Positions 1 through 12,669 of a stretch of 64,000 nucleotides of DNA are shown here, one piece after another. Positions within the stretch are counted from its first letter, which is position 1, and every line of letters begins with the position of its first letter. A model generated the notes under the pieces. It saw only the letters and a program-made list of their open reading frames with translations. It was not told where the DNA came from and searched no databases. Both the position numbers and the translations under genes were made by a program. The DNA comes from Eledone cirrhosa (lineage: Eukaryota). The stretch spans positions 7,750,001-7,814,000 of the forward strand of contig OZ024766.1 of assembly GCA_964016885.1 (NCBI GenBank). Reading direction: 5' to 3'.

Positions 1-2
1 AG

Positions 3-111
3 CGTTATGAAATACCATCAGAAAAAAGATGGTACAAACAAACACCAGAAAAAATGTCAGAGAATGACAGAGCAACCATTTCTCTGGGATATGTCAATAC
101 ATACAGAGAGG
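3..111 (+). mobile_element. Frameshifted fragment of a non-LTR retrotransposon with a restriction-like endonuclease (R4/Dong/NeSL-type C-terminal region)
   Basis: Reads [26 protein letters not shown], then after a 1-nt shift [11 protein letters not shown]. This resembles the WYxHxPexVxENDxxxILWDxxIxTD motif upstream of the RLE PD-(D/E)xK core. Confidence 0.55.
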
Positions 112-255
112 GAGTCCTTCCCTTCTAAAAGAAGATGGCGGCGTGGGGGTGGGGGTGGGGGTGGGGGTTATCTTCACAATGGACTCAACTGATTGTTGGA
201 TCTGTTCCAAACTCTGCACAAGCCGACTTAGAAATCAAGGCAGACTGACAAAACT

Positions 256-277
256 GTGTATATACACATATATATAT

Positions 278-350
<73 letters not shown>

Positions 351-1048
351 CATACATATATATATCTACATATACATATACATATATATACATGCATACA
401 TATATATATACACATATACATATATATATACACATACATATATATATACATATATACACACATACATATATACACACATATATATATATATACATACATA
501 TATATACACACATACATATATATACACACACACATACACACAGACACATATAGACACAGACACATATAGACACACACATACACACATATAGACACACACA
601 CGGACACATATAGACACATATAGACGCATTCACACAAACACACACACACATATAGACACACACACACAGACACATAGACACATACACACATATAGACACA
701 CACACACATATAGACACATACACACACATAGACACACACACACACACATATAGACACACACACACATAGACACATACACACACATATAGACACACACACA
801 CACACATATAGACACACACACACACACATATAGACACACACAAAGACACATATAGACACATACACACAAAAACACAGACACATATAGACACATTCACACA
901 AACACACAGCACACAAACACACAAACACACACACACACATATAGAGACACATACACACAAACACACATATAGACAGACACACTAACAGCACACGCACACA
1001 AATACAGACAACCACACACAGCACACAAACACACACACACACAGCACA

Positions 1049-1080
<32 letters not shown>

Positions 1081-1200
1081 GCAAACACAGGCACACACAC
1101 ACACAGCAAACAAACACACACATACACAGCAAACACAGGCACACACAGCAAACAAACACACACACACACACAGTAAACACCCCCACACACACACACACAC
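256..1200. repeat. (TA)n/(CA)n composite microsatellite
   Basis: Visible directly; source of the poly-YI, poly-VC and poly-HT ORFs. Confidence 0.95.
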
Positions 1201-1387
1201 AAAATCAAACTTGATTAACCAGTAGATCAGCTATTTCATATTTATTGGAAACTTAGGAAATATTGATCCCGATTTATCTTGTGATGGGTGTCAAGTATTT
1301 TATAGACTAAAATAACAAGTGCCCTTCACCTTTCTGCTACCAAAACCACCTGAAATAACCCTGTTTCTTTCACACAAAGCTACCCCT

Positions 1388-1897
1388 AAAAACCTTCCAT
1401 CATAATTTTATGTATGAACCTTTGTTAAGTTATGTTCCAAACACCAACAGTGTCTTTCATTACAAATATGTTAATTAAAGGGTTAAAGTGTTCATATTTA
1501 TCTACAAACCTTCCATCATAATTTTATGTAAGAACCTTTGTTAAGTTATGTTCCAAACACCAACAGTGTCTTTCATTAGAAATATGTTAATTAAAGGGTT
1601 AAAGTGTTCATATTTATCTACAAACCTTCCATCATAATTTTATGTAAGAACCTTTGTTAAGTTATGTTCCAAAGGGTTAAAGTGTTTATATTTATCTAAA
1701 AACCTTCCATCATAATTTTATGTAAGAACCTCTGTTAAGTTATGTTCCAAACACCAACAGTGTCTTTCATTAGAAATATGGCAATGAAAGGGTTAAAGTG
1801 TTTATATTTATCTAAAAACCTTCCATCATAATTTTATGTAAGAACCTTTGTTAAGTTATGTTCCAAACCCCAACAGTATCTTTCATTAGAAATATTA
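1388..1897. repeat. ~117-bp tandem repeat, about 5 partly deleted copies, containing an AAAGGGTTAA MITE-type end
   Basis: aaaccttccatcataattttatgt recurs at ~1390, 1505, 1622, 1700 and 1817. Confidence 0.85.
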
Positions 1898-2086
1898 AAG
1901 GGAGACGTCAGAACAATTGTTAGAAGGATTGTGCAGGGGTTAAAGCCTGGGTATTTAGTGCCCTGAGCTATCTATGCAATGTGGAGCCCCTTTTCTCTCA
2001 GTTAAGTGTGCTAAAGCTAACACTAACACCACCAACAACAGCAACAATATACAGTGGAACCTCAGTTCACAAACTTAATTTATTAC

Positions 2087-4285
2087 TGAAGACTGTTTTA
2101 GGTTTGGAAAAATTGTTGGAGAAATGATTTAAGAACTGAGATGTTTTAAGTTTGGAAAAATTGTTGGAGAAATGATTTAAGAACTGAGATGTTTTAAGTT
2201 TGGAAAAATTGTTGGAGAAATGATTTAAGAACTGAGATGTTTTAGGTTTTGAAAAATTGTTAGAGAAATGATTTAAGAACTGAGATGTTTTAGGTTTGGA
2301 AAAATTGTTGGAGAAATGATTTAAGAACCGAGATGTTTTAGGTTTGGAAAAATTGTTGGAGAAATGATTTAAGAACTGAGATGTTTTAAGTTTGGAAAAA
2401 TTGTTGGAGAAATGATTTAAGAACTGAGATGATTTAAGAACTGAGATGTTTTAAGAACCGAGATGTTTTAGGTTTTGAAAAATTGTTAGAGAAATGATTT
2501 AAGAACTGAGATGTTTTAGGTTTGGAAAAATTGTTGGAGAAATGATTTAAGAACCGAGATGTTTTAGGTTTGGAAAAATTGTTGGAGAAATGATTTAAGA
2601 ACTGAGATGTTTTAAGTTTGGAAAAATTGTTGGAGAAATGATTTAAGAACTGAGATGATTTAAGAACCGAGATGTTTTAGGTTTTGAAAAATTGTTGGAG
2701 AAATGATTTAAGAACTGAGATGATTTAAGAACCGAGATGTTTTAGGTTTGGAAAAATTGTTGGAGAAATGATTTAAGAACTGAGATGTTTTAAGTTTGGA
2801 AAAATTGTTGGAGAAATGATTTAAGAACTGAGATGTTTTAAGTTTGGAAAAATTGTTGGAGAAATGATTTAAGAACTGAGATGATTTAAGAACTGAGATG
2901 TTTTAGGTTTGGAAAAATTGTTGGAGAAATGATTTAAGAACCGAGATGTTTTAAGTTTGGAAAAATTGTTGGAGAAATGATTTAAGAACTGAGATGATTT
3001 AAGAACCGAGATGTTTTAAGAACCGAGATGTTTTAAGTTTGGAAAAATTGTTGGAGAAATGATTTAAGAACTGAGATGATTTAAGAACTGAGATGTTTTA
3101 GGTTTGGAAAAATTGTTGGAGAAATGATTTAAGAACCGAGATGTTTTAAGTTTGGAAAAATTGTTGGAGAAATGATTTAAGAACTGAGATGATTTAAGAA
3201 CCGAGATGTTTTAAGTTTGGAAAAATTGTTGGAGAAATGATTTAAGAACTGAGATGATTTAAGAACTGAGATGTTTTAGGTTTGGAAAAATTGTTGGAGA
3301 AATGATTTAAGAACCGAGATGTTTTAAGTTTGGAAAAATTGTTGGAGAAATGATTTAAGAACTGAGATGTTTTAAGTTTGGAAAAATTGTTGGAGAAATG
3401 ATTTAAGAACTGAGATGTTTTAAGTTTGGAAAAATTGTTGGAGAAATGATTTAAGAACCGAGATGTTTTAAGTTTGGAAAAATTGTTGGAGAAATGATTT
3501 AAGAACTGAGATGTTTTAAGTTTGGAAAAATTGTTGGAGAAATGATTTAAGAACTGAGATGATTTAAGAACCGAGATGTTTTAAGTTTGGAAAAATTGTT
3601 GGAGAAATGATTTAAGAACTGAGATGATTTAAGAACTGAGATGTTTTAGGTTTGGAAAAATTGTTGGAGAAATGATTTAAGAACCGAGATGTTTTAAGTT
3701 TGGAAAAATTGTTGGAGAAATGATTTAAGAACTGAGATGTTTTAAGTTTGGAAAAATTGTTGGAGAAATGATTTAAGAACTGAGATGTTTTAAGTTTGGA
3801 AAAATTGTTGGAGAAATGATTTAAAAACTGAGATGATTTAAGAACTGAGATGTTTTAGGTTTGGAAAAATTGTTAGAGAAATGATTTAAGAACTGAGATG
3901 TTTTAAGTTTGGAAAAATTGTTGGAGAAATGATTTAAGAACTGAGATGATTTAAGAACTGAGATGTTTTAGGTTTGGAAAAATTGTTAGAGAAATGATTT
4001 AAGAACTGAGATGTTTTAAGTTTGGAAAAATTGTTGGAGAAATGATTTAAGAAGCGAGATGTTTTAGGTTTGGAAAAATTGTTGGAGAAATGATTTAAGA
4101 ACTGAGATGTTTTAAGTTTGGAAAAATTGTTAGAGAAATGATTTAAGAACTGAGATGTTTTAAGTTTGGAAAAATTGTTGGAGAAATGATTTAAGAGCCG
4201 AGATGTTTTAGGTTTGGAAAAATTGTTTGAGAAATAATTTTTTTTAAGAACCGAGATGTTTTAGGTTTGGAAAAATTATTAAAGA
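2087..4285. repeat. 48-bp minisatellite array (~45 units) with 17-bp internal sub-duplications, inside a Tigger/pogo-like MITE remnant
   Basis: Unit gagatgttttaagtttggaaaaattgttggagaaatgatttaagaact. Flanked by cagtggaacctcagttcacaa (2052) and its approximate inverse ttgtgaaccaagaggtttca (~4297-4316). Confidence 0.9.
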
Positions 4286-4417
4286 AATAATTTCTTTGTG
4301 AACCAAGAGGTTTCAGGTTTGGAAAAACTGTTGGAGAACCAATTTGTTTGTGATAAGAGGCGTTCATTAACTGAAGCCCCCTAATTAAATAAGAAAAACA
4401 AAACATATTTCACTCAC

Positions 4418-4449
4418 CATGTATCACCCAGGCCATGTAGGAATATCAC
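4418..4449 (-). CDS. LYPLA1: Acyl-protein thioesterase (lysophospholipase, APT1/APT2 family), second coding exon
   Basis: Minus strand tttccag|GTGATATTCCTACATGGCCTGGGTGATACATG|gtgagt: 32 nt, VIFLHGLGDT plus 2 nt. This is the family signature; size and phase agree with the vertebrate LYPLA exon as I recall it. LYPLA1 versus LYPLA2 cannot be resolved. Confidence 0.88.
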
Positions 4450-4572
4450 CTGGAAATAAATTCAAAAAATAAATTTAATTCAAGTCGGTTTTATAGTTTG
4501 TTTGAAGCCTTCTGAAAAGGGTAAAACGTGGGTTTTTTTTAGGGGGCTACAGCAATACAATTTGGAAAAATA

Positions 4573-5580
4573 AACCTTTAACATTTACATTATTCTATAT
4601 ATAATTATCTCACATAATATCGAATTTGAGATTTTGATATTATTTATTTTGAGAACAATACCTTAACATCAGTATGAATGGCCAGTTACAGCCAGTTTGA
4701 ACAGAAAGAGGTGAGAAAATTCTGGCCAGATATGGCTGGTTTAACCAGTTAGCATGACTATATATACTATTATATTTTCACAGTAAAGGCTTTACCTCAC
4801 GTAATATCTCACATAACATTTACATTACTCTATATATACTATTGTATTTTCACAGTAAAGGCTTTACCTCACATAATATCTCACATAACATTTACATTAC
4901 TCTATATATACTATTGTATTTTCACAGTAAAGGCTTTACCTCACATAATATCTCACATAACATTTACATTACTCTATATATACTATTGTATTTTCACAGT
5001 AAAGGCTTTACCTCACATAATATCTCACATAACATTTACATTACTCTATATATACTATTGTATTTTCACAGTAAAGGCTTTACCTCACATAATATCTCAC
5101 ATAACATTTACATTACTCTATATATACTATTGTATTGTCACAGTAAAGGCTTTACCTCACGTAATATCTCACATAACATTTACATTACTCTATACATACT
5201 ATTGTATTTTCACAGTAAAGGCTTTACCTCACATAACATTTACATTACTCTATATATACTATTGTATTTTCACAGTAAGGGCTTTACCTCACATAATATC
5301 TCACATAACATTTACATTACTCTATATATACTATTGTATTTTCACAGTAAAGACTTTACCTCACATAATATCTCACATAACATTTACATTACTCTATATA
5401 TACTATTGTATTTTCACAGTAAAGGCTTTACCTCACATAACATTTACATTACTCTATATATACTATTGTATTTTCACAGTAAAGGCTTTACCTCACATAA
5501 TATCTCACATAACATTTACATTACTCTATATATACTATTGTATTTTCACAGTAAAGGCTTTACCTCACATATCTCACATA
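4573..5580 (+). mobile_element. Degenerate TTAA/CCC piggyBac-like MITE copy followed by a 75/63-bp tandem array derived from the same MITE
   Basis: Unit tattttcacagtaaaggctttacctcacataatatctcacataacatttacattactctatatatactattg, about 11 copies at ~4760-5580. Homologous to the single-unit MITE at 63419-63638. Confidence 0.8.
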
Positions 5581-6528
5581 AACAACAACACCACCACCAT
5601 CATCATCACACACACAGCAGCAGGTTAATGAAACACCAAAGGATACACCACCACCACCACCACCAGCCTCCCCCCACCTCCCCCCAAACAACCCTCCCTC
5701 CCTCTGCACTCTTGTATTAGTCACACTAGGAAGTGGGTTAGGGGGGAGGGAGGGAGCAAGTAGGGGGAATGAGACCCAGAGGGGCGGGGATAAGTGGGGG
5801 GGGGTAATGAGGTGTGAGGCCCACGGTGAGGCAGAGAATTTGGGCAAGTGGTGGTGGTGGAGTTATTTCTGAGGAATGGAGGGAGAAGTATGGGGTGGGG
5901 AGGTGGGTGGTGGGAAGGAGGAGGGGGGGGATAGAGGTGGGGGTGAAAGGGTAACCCAACCCACCCCACCAGGGCAGTGTGGTGGAGAGGGAAGGATGGT
6001 AAATTTGGTTCTGGTAAAGTGTGTGTGTGTGTGGTAGTGTGGCTATGTGTGTTAGTGTGTGTGTGTATGCATGAGTGCGTACTGGCATGTATTGCACATG
6101 CGTGTGCATAACGCCTGCATATTGAGGAGAGAGGGGTGGGGGGGACATGTAACAGAGAGAGTGGGGGTGGAGAGAGAAAGAGGTGTGTGTGTGTATATAT
6201 ATAGAGAGATATATATAGAGAGGTGTGTATATATATATATATATATATACATATAGAGAGAGGGGGTGTATATATAGAGAGCAAAAGGTGTGTGTATAGA
6301 GAGAGAGGTGTATACATAGAGAGAGAGAGAGAGAGATAGAGAGATAGAGAGAGAGAGAGGGGGGTGTATATATAGAGAGCAAAAGGTGTATGTGTATAGA
6401 GAGAGTGTATACATATATATAGAGAAGTGTATATATATATATATATATACATATAGAGAGAGGGGGGTGTATATATAGAGAGACAGTTATATATATATAT
6501 ATATATAGAAAGAGAGAGAGAGAGAGAC

Positions 6529-6561
<33 letters not shown>

Positions 6562-6802
6562 TGTATACATATATATATATATAGAGAGAGAGAGGGGTGT
6601 ATATATAGAGAGACAGTTATATATATAGAGAGAAAGAGAGAGAGAGACAGACAGAGAGAGAGAGACAGAGAGAGAGAGAGAGAAAGAGGTGTATACATAT
6701 ATATAGAGAGAAAGAGAGAGTGTATACATATATATAGAGAAGTGTATATATATATATATATATACATATAGAGAAAGGGGGGTGTATATATAGAGAGACA
6801 GT

Positions 6803-6836
<34 letters not shown>

Positions 6837-6934
6837 AAGAGAGAGAGACAGACAGAGAGAGAGAGAGAGAGAGAGGTGTATACATATATATATATATAGA
6901 GAGAGAGAGAGGGGTGTATATATAGAGAGACAGT

Positions 6935-6998
<64 letters not shown>

Positions 6999-7089
6999 CA
7001 GAGAGAGAGAGAGAGGTGTATACATATATATATATATATAGAGAGAGGGGTGTATATATAGAGAGACAGTTATATATATATATATATAT

Positions 7090-7164
<75 letters not shown>

Positions 7165-7270
7165 CAGACAGACAGGCAGAGAGAGAGAGAGAGAGAGAGG
7201 TGTATACATATATATATATAGAGAGAGAGGGGTGTATATATAGAGAGCAAAAGGTGTATGTATATAGAGA
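5580..7270. repeat. G-rich low-complexity tract followed by a higher-order (GA)n/(TA)n/GGTG composite microsatellite
   Basis: Visible directly. Confidence 0.85.
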
Positions 7271-7499
7271 GAAAGTTTGAGAGAGAAAGAAAGTCGTGGG
7301 GGGGGGGCAGAAAATGGGGGAGAGGGGATGATGTGAATCATGCCTTGCTGTAAACAATTCAACTAGAATGGTATTTAAATCTATTACATCAGTAAACACC
7401 GCACAACACCACCCCCCTCTCCTCTGCCTGCAAACACCGCCATTACCACCACCTGCCAAGCTACTCCGCCACCAACATCTCTAACATGCCCCGTCACAT

Positions 7500-7530
<31 letters not shown>

Positions 7531-7717
7531 GGGGGGTTCATTAAGGTGGTGTGGTGTACAGAGGTGACACAGAGCCTGCTTCATAGCATAGAGTTACATG
7601 ATTGCTACTGCCTGAGCATTATGTAGATAATACCTTGGTTCAGTTTGCCCTCTGAAACGACCGTAATACAATGGATTAAATGGCTACACCTCATATGATT
7701 TGCTTTCATCGTTCAAC

Positions 7718-7775
<58 letters not shown>

Positions 7776-7811
7776 ATGTTGAACGTCCACTATGTCGATG
7801 ACACAACAGTC

Positions 7812-9722
7812 TACACTGTAAAGTGGTCATGTAGGAGACACGGTAAAAAGGCTCCCAGTCCAGACTGTAAGATGGTCATGTAGGAGACACAGTAAAAAGG
7901 CTCCCAGTCCACACTGTAAAGTGGTCATGTAGGTAACACGGTAAAAAGGCTCCCAGTCCACACTGTAAAGTGGTCAATAGGAGACAGTAAAAAGGCTCCC
8001 AGTCCACACTGTAAGATGGTCATGTAGGAGACACAGTAAAAAGGCTCCCAGTCCACACTGTAAAGTGGTCATGTAGGAGACACAGTAAAAAGGCTCCCAG
8101 TCCACACTGTAAAGTGGTTATGTAGGTAACACGGTAAAAAGGCTCCCAGTCCACACTGTAAAGTGGTCATGTAGGAGACACAGTAAAAAGGCTCCCAGTC
8201 CACACTGTAAGGTGGTTATGTAGGAGACACAGTAAAAAGGCTCCCAGTCCACACTGTAAAGTGGTTATGTAGGTAACACGGTAAAAAGGCTCCCAGTCCA
8301 CACTGTAAGGTGGTCATGTAGGAGACACAGTAAAAAGGCTCCCAGTCCACACTGTAAAGTGGTCAATAGGAGACACAGTAAAAAGGCTCCCAGTCCACAC
8401 TGTAAGATGGTCATGTAGGAGACACAGTAAAAAGGCTCCCAGTCCACACTGTAAAGTGGTTGTGTAGGTAACACGGTAAAAAGGCTCCCAGTCCACACTG
8501 TAAAGTGGTCATGTAGGAGACACGGTAAAAAGGCTCCCAGTCTACACTATAATGTGGTCATGTAGGAGACACAGTAAAAAGGCTCCCAGTCTACACTATA
8601 ATGTGGTCATGTAGGAGACACAGTAAAAAGGCTCCCAGTCCACACTGTAAGGTGGTCATGTAGGAGACACGGTAAAAAGGCTCCCAGTCCACACTGTAAA
8701 GTGGTTGTGTAGGTAACACGGTAAAAGGCTCCCAGTCCACACTGTAAAGTGGTCATGTAGGAGACACAGTAAAAAGGCTCCCAGTCCACACTGTAAAGTG
8801 GTCATGTAGGAGACACGGTAAAAAGGCTCCCAGTCCACACTGTAAAGTGGTTGTGTAGGTAACACGGTAAAAAGTCTCCCAGTCCACACTGTAAGGTGGT
8901 CATGTAGGAGACACAGTAAAAAGGCTCCCAGTCCACACTGTAAGGTGGTCATGTAGGTAACACGGTAAAAAGGCTCCCAGTCCACACTGTAAGATGATCA
9001 TGTAGGAGACACGGTAAAAAGGCTCCCAGTCCACACTGTAAAGTGGTTGTGTAGGTAACACGGTAAAAAGGCTCCCAGTCCACACTGTAAAGTGGTCAAT
9101 AGGAGACACAGTAAAAAGGCTCCCAGTCCACACTGTAAGGTGGTCATGTAGGAGACACGGTAAAAAGGCTCCCAGTCTACACTGTAAAGTGGTCGTGTAG
9201 GAGACAGTAAAAAGGCTCCCAGTCCACACTGTAAAGTGGTTGTGTAGGTAACACGGTAAAAAGGCTCCCATACCACACTGTAAAGTGGTCATGTAGGTAA
9301 CACGGTAAAAAGGCTCCCAGTCCACACTGTAAAGTGGTCATGTAGGAGACATGGTAAAAAGGCTCCCAGTCTACACTGTAAAGTGGTCGTGTAGGAGACA
9401 GTAAAAAGGCTCCCAGTCCACACTGTAAAGTGGTTGTGTAGGTAACACGGTAAAAAGGCTCCCAGTCCACACTGTAAAGTGGTCATGTAGGAGACATGGT
9501 AAAAAAGCTCCCAGTCCACACTGTAAGGTGGTCATGTAGGAGACACAGTAAAAAGGCTCCCAGTCCACACTGTAAAGTGGTCATGTAGGAGACACGGTAA
9601 AAGGGCTCCCAGTCCACACTGTAAGGTGGTCATGTAGGAGACATGGTAAAAGGCTCCCAGTCCACACTGTAAGGTGGTCATGTAGGAGACACGGTAAAAA
9701 AGCTCCCAGTCCACACTGTAAA
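7812..9722 (+). repeat. 49-bp minisatellite array (~39 units)
   Basis: Unit cacactgtaaagtggtcatgtaggagacacggtaaaaaggctcccagtc. Related low-copy versions lie in the SINE-like elements at ~12100-12165 and 17020-17200 (reverse). Confidence 0.92.
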
Positions 9723-10131
9723 TCATGATGGGCTAGCGTCAAACAATGTGCATTTCAGCATAGAGTTACGGCCCTTTACATTCGGAGTTGAAATCCCACA
9801 TGACAGACGTTTTACATGCAGTATACACCAGCTTTAATATAAAACAGACAGACAACAACAACAGCAGCTCTACAATCTCAGAGATTATTGGCTGGGTTAA
9901 TTGGAAGCCGAGTATCAACGACAGATTAACGGGGGAAGGAGGGGCAGAAAGAGAGAAGAGGGGAGGGGTGAGGCTAATCCAGGTAGAATTAGACGGGGGT
10001 GGGAGGGGGAGGCTAATCCAGGAATAATTAGACGTGAGGGAATGGGAATTAAGACTTAGTGCTGGTTTGTAAAATAATTTTTATATACAAAAAAATATCT
10101 ATATACATATATACATACATTATATGTATAC

Positions 10132-10172
<41 letters not shown>

Positions 10173-10175
<3 letters not shown>

Positions 10176-11583
10176 GACCGTGACCTCTGGCGTCACGCAG
10201 TAATACAGAAGACCCGACTTCCCACGGATACAAGCTGAAGCTGAAGCATATAAACTATATGTCCCCACCCACTGCAAAGTAGTCGTGGAGGTGCCACGGC
10301 AAAAAAGCACTCAGCCCTCACTGTAAAGTGGTCATGGAGGTGCCACGGCAAAAAAGCACCCAGCCCTCACTGTAAAGTGGTGGTGGAGGTGTCAGGGCAA
10401 AAAAGCACTCAGCCCTCACTGTAAAGTGGTCATGGAGGTGCCACGGCAAAAAAGTACTCAGCCCTCACTGTAAAGTGGTCATGGAGGTGCCAGGGCAAAA
10501 AAGCACTCAGCCCTCACTGTAAAGTGGTCATGGAGGTGCCAGGGCAAAAAAGCACTCAGCCCTCACTGTAAAGTGGTCATGGAGGTGCCACGGCAAAAAA
10601 GCACTCAGCCCTCACTGTAAAGTGGTCATGGAGGTGCCAGGGCAAAAAAGCACTCAGCCCTCACTGTAAAGTGGTCGTGGAGGTGCCACGGCAAAAAAGC
10701 ACCCAGCCCACACTGTAAAGTGGTCATGGAGGTGCCACGGCAAAAAAGCACTCAGCCCTCACTGTAAAGTGGTCATGGAGGTGCCACGGCAAAAAAGCAC
10801 CCAGCCCACACTGTAAAGTGGTCATGGAGGTGCCAGGGCAAAAAAGCACTCAGCCCTCACTGTAAAGTGGTCATGGAGGTGCCAGGGCAAAAAAACACCC
10901 AGCCCACACTGTAAAGTGGTCATGGAGGTGCCACGGCAAAAAAGCACCCAGCCCTCACTGTAAAGTGGTCATGGAGGTGCCAGGGCAAAAAAACACCCAG
11001 CCCTCACTGTAAAGTGGTGGTGGAGGTGCCAGGGCAAAAAAGCACCCAGCCCACACTGTAAAGTGGTCATGGAGGTGCCACGGCAAAAAAGCACTCAGCC
11101 CTCACTGTAAAGTGGTCATGGAGGTGCCATGGCAAAAAAGCACCCAGCCCACACTGTAAAGTGGTCATGGAGGTGACATGACAAAAAGCAACCAGCCCTC
11201 ACTGTAAAGTGGTTATGGAGGTGCCACGGCAAAAAAGCACTCAGCCCTCACTGTAAAGTGGTCATGGAGGTGCCAGGGCAAAAAAGCACTCAGCCCTCAC
11301 TGTAAAGTGGTCATGGAGGTGCCACGGCAAAAAAGCACTCAGCCCTCACTGTAAAGTGGTCGTGGAGGTGCCACGGCTAAAAAGCACCCAGTCCACACTG
11401 TAAATGAGGTTGGTGTTAGGAAGGGCATCCAGCTGTAGAAATCAAGCCAGAATCAGTTCTCATAAGAGCAAAACAAGGTCAGCCGACCGGACACTCTCCA
11501 CAACAGGACAACCCGTCTAACCCATGCTAGCGTGGAAGAACGAACGTAAAATGGTGATGATGATGATGATGATAATAATGATA
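10173..11583 (+). mobile_element. Non-autonomous retroposon with (GAT)n tail (RTE-partner-like SINE), carrying an internal 49-bp array (~23 units, 10270-11400)
   Basis: Same 5' end (cacgaccgtgac), ggaagggcatccagctgtagaaa core and (gat)n tail as the unexpanded copy at 62254-62624. Confidence 0.8.
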
Positions 11584-11814
11584 TATATATATATCATCAT
11601 CCCCGTTTAATGTCCATTTTTCCATGCTAGCATGGGTTAGACGGGTTGTCCTGTTGTGGGCAGTGTCCAGTCGGCTGACCTTGTCGACAGTCAATCGACA
11701 AGATCCCAGACCTAATTCGCTTAACGAGTAAGGTGGGGCTCGTCAAATGGGACCGAGGGAACAATGTTTCCATTGGTCTTTCCAATTACTAATACTATCT
11801 ATCAGTCACAACTC

Positions 11815-11938
11815 CAGGTAGAAGGAGCAACGTGAAATAAAGTGTCTTGCTCAAGGACATAACACATCGCCCGGTCTGGGAATTGAATTCACAACCTCAC
11901 TATTGCAAATCCAATCTCTAACCACTCAGCCACGTGCC
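11815..11938 (-). mobile_element. tRNA-derived SINE 5' portion (same family as 59012)
   Basis: Minus strand ggcacgTGGCTGAGTGGttag (A box) ... gaattcaattcc (B-box-like) ... gtccttgagcaagacactttatttcacgttgctcc. Confidence 0.75.
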
Positions 11939-11949
11939 TTCACCTCATA

Positions 11950-12370
11950 TATCATCATCATCATCGTTTAACGTCCATCTTCCACGCTTGCATGGATTTC
12001 GACGGGAGTTTTCCCACCTGAGGCAAGATTGGTTGTCCTGCTCGTATAGGACTGTCTGGCGGGTTTTCTACGGCTGGATGCCCTTCCTAACACCAACCAC
12101 GTTTACAGTGTGGACTGGGAGGTTTTTACCGTGTTACCTACAGGCCCACATTACAGCGTGGACTGTGTGTTTTTTGTCGTGACACCTACACAACCTCATT
12201 TGTTTCGGACTGGATGTTGTGGTACCAACATAACTTCACATTTAAGGGGGTGGTGTGGATGGGGTGGGGGTAGTGGGACGGGGGTGTATTTCGTTAGATG
12301 TGCCTACTGACTGTAGGTTTCGCTTTGTACTTAGGCAAGGCGGGTCTTCTGTATAACTGTGTAGCGCCAT
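11950..12370 (-). mobile_element. Reverse copy of the (GAT)n-tailed retroposon family
   Basis: (cat)n then cgtttaacgtcc...ctggatgcccttcctaacaccaacc. Further partial copies at 11592-11685, 16876-17225 and 62830-63050. Confidence 0.7.
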
Positions 12371-12669
12371 ATATATATATACATACACATACACAGTTCA
12401 ATAGTAACCAATCTTAAAGAGAGAGATGGAGATAGGAGAGGAGAGATTGGTGAATTAGTTAGAAGCCAAAGCGTAAAGGCATGTGTTCAATGTGCAATAT
12501 GCAGTGGAAGGCAGCAAGGTGGCTGGGTTCATGCAGAAGTTAGGCGCGTAGAGCTGGAAATATTCATTAGTTAAGCAAAACAAGACCACAAATTTCACAA
12601 GGAAGACATTATTAAAAGATTGTCAACATATTTTAGTTTGATGTAAGGAATGTAGAGAATAATAATAAT

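Noticed and set aside
143-1208. Long YI/VC/HT-rich ORFs here and throughout the ORF track
   Set aside because: They are translations of (TA)n/(CA)n microsatellites with no protein-like complexity or splice support.
1330-1349. Minus-strand ag...gt segment as a possible third thioesterase exon
   Set aside because: Only 20 nt, no resemblance to the expected HGW...KYICP exon, and it lies in MITE-like sequence.
7812-11400. CRISPR-like appearance of the regular arrays (also 31217-32670, 50780-52236, 59171-61677)
   Set aside because: No unique spacers, no cas genes, eukaryotic context, and most units trace to transposons.
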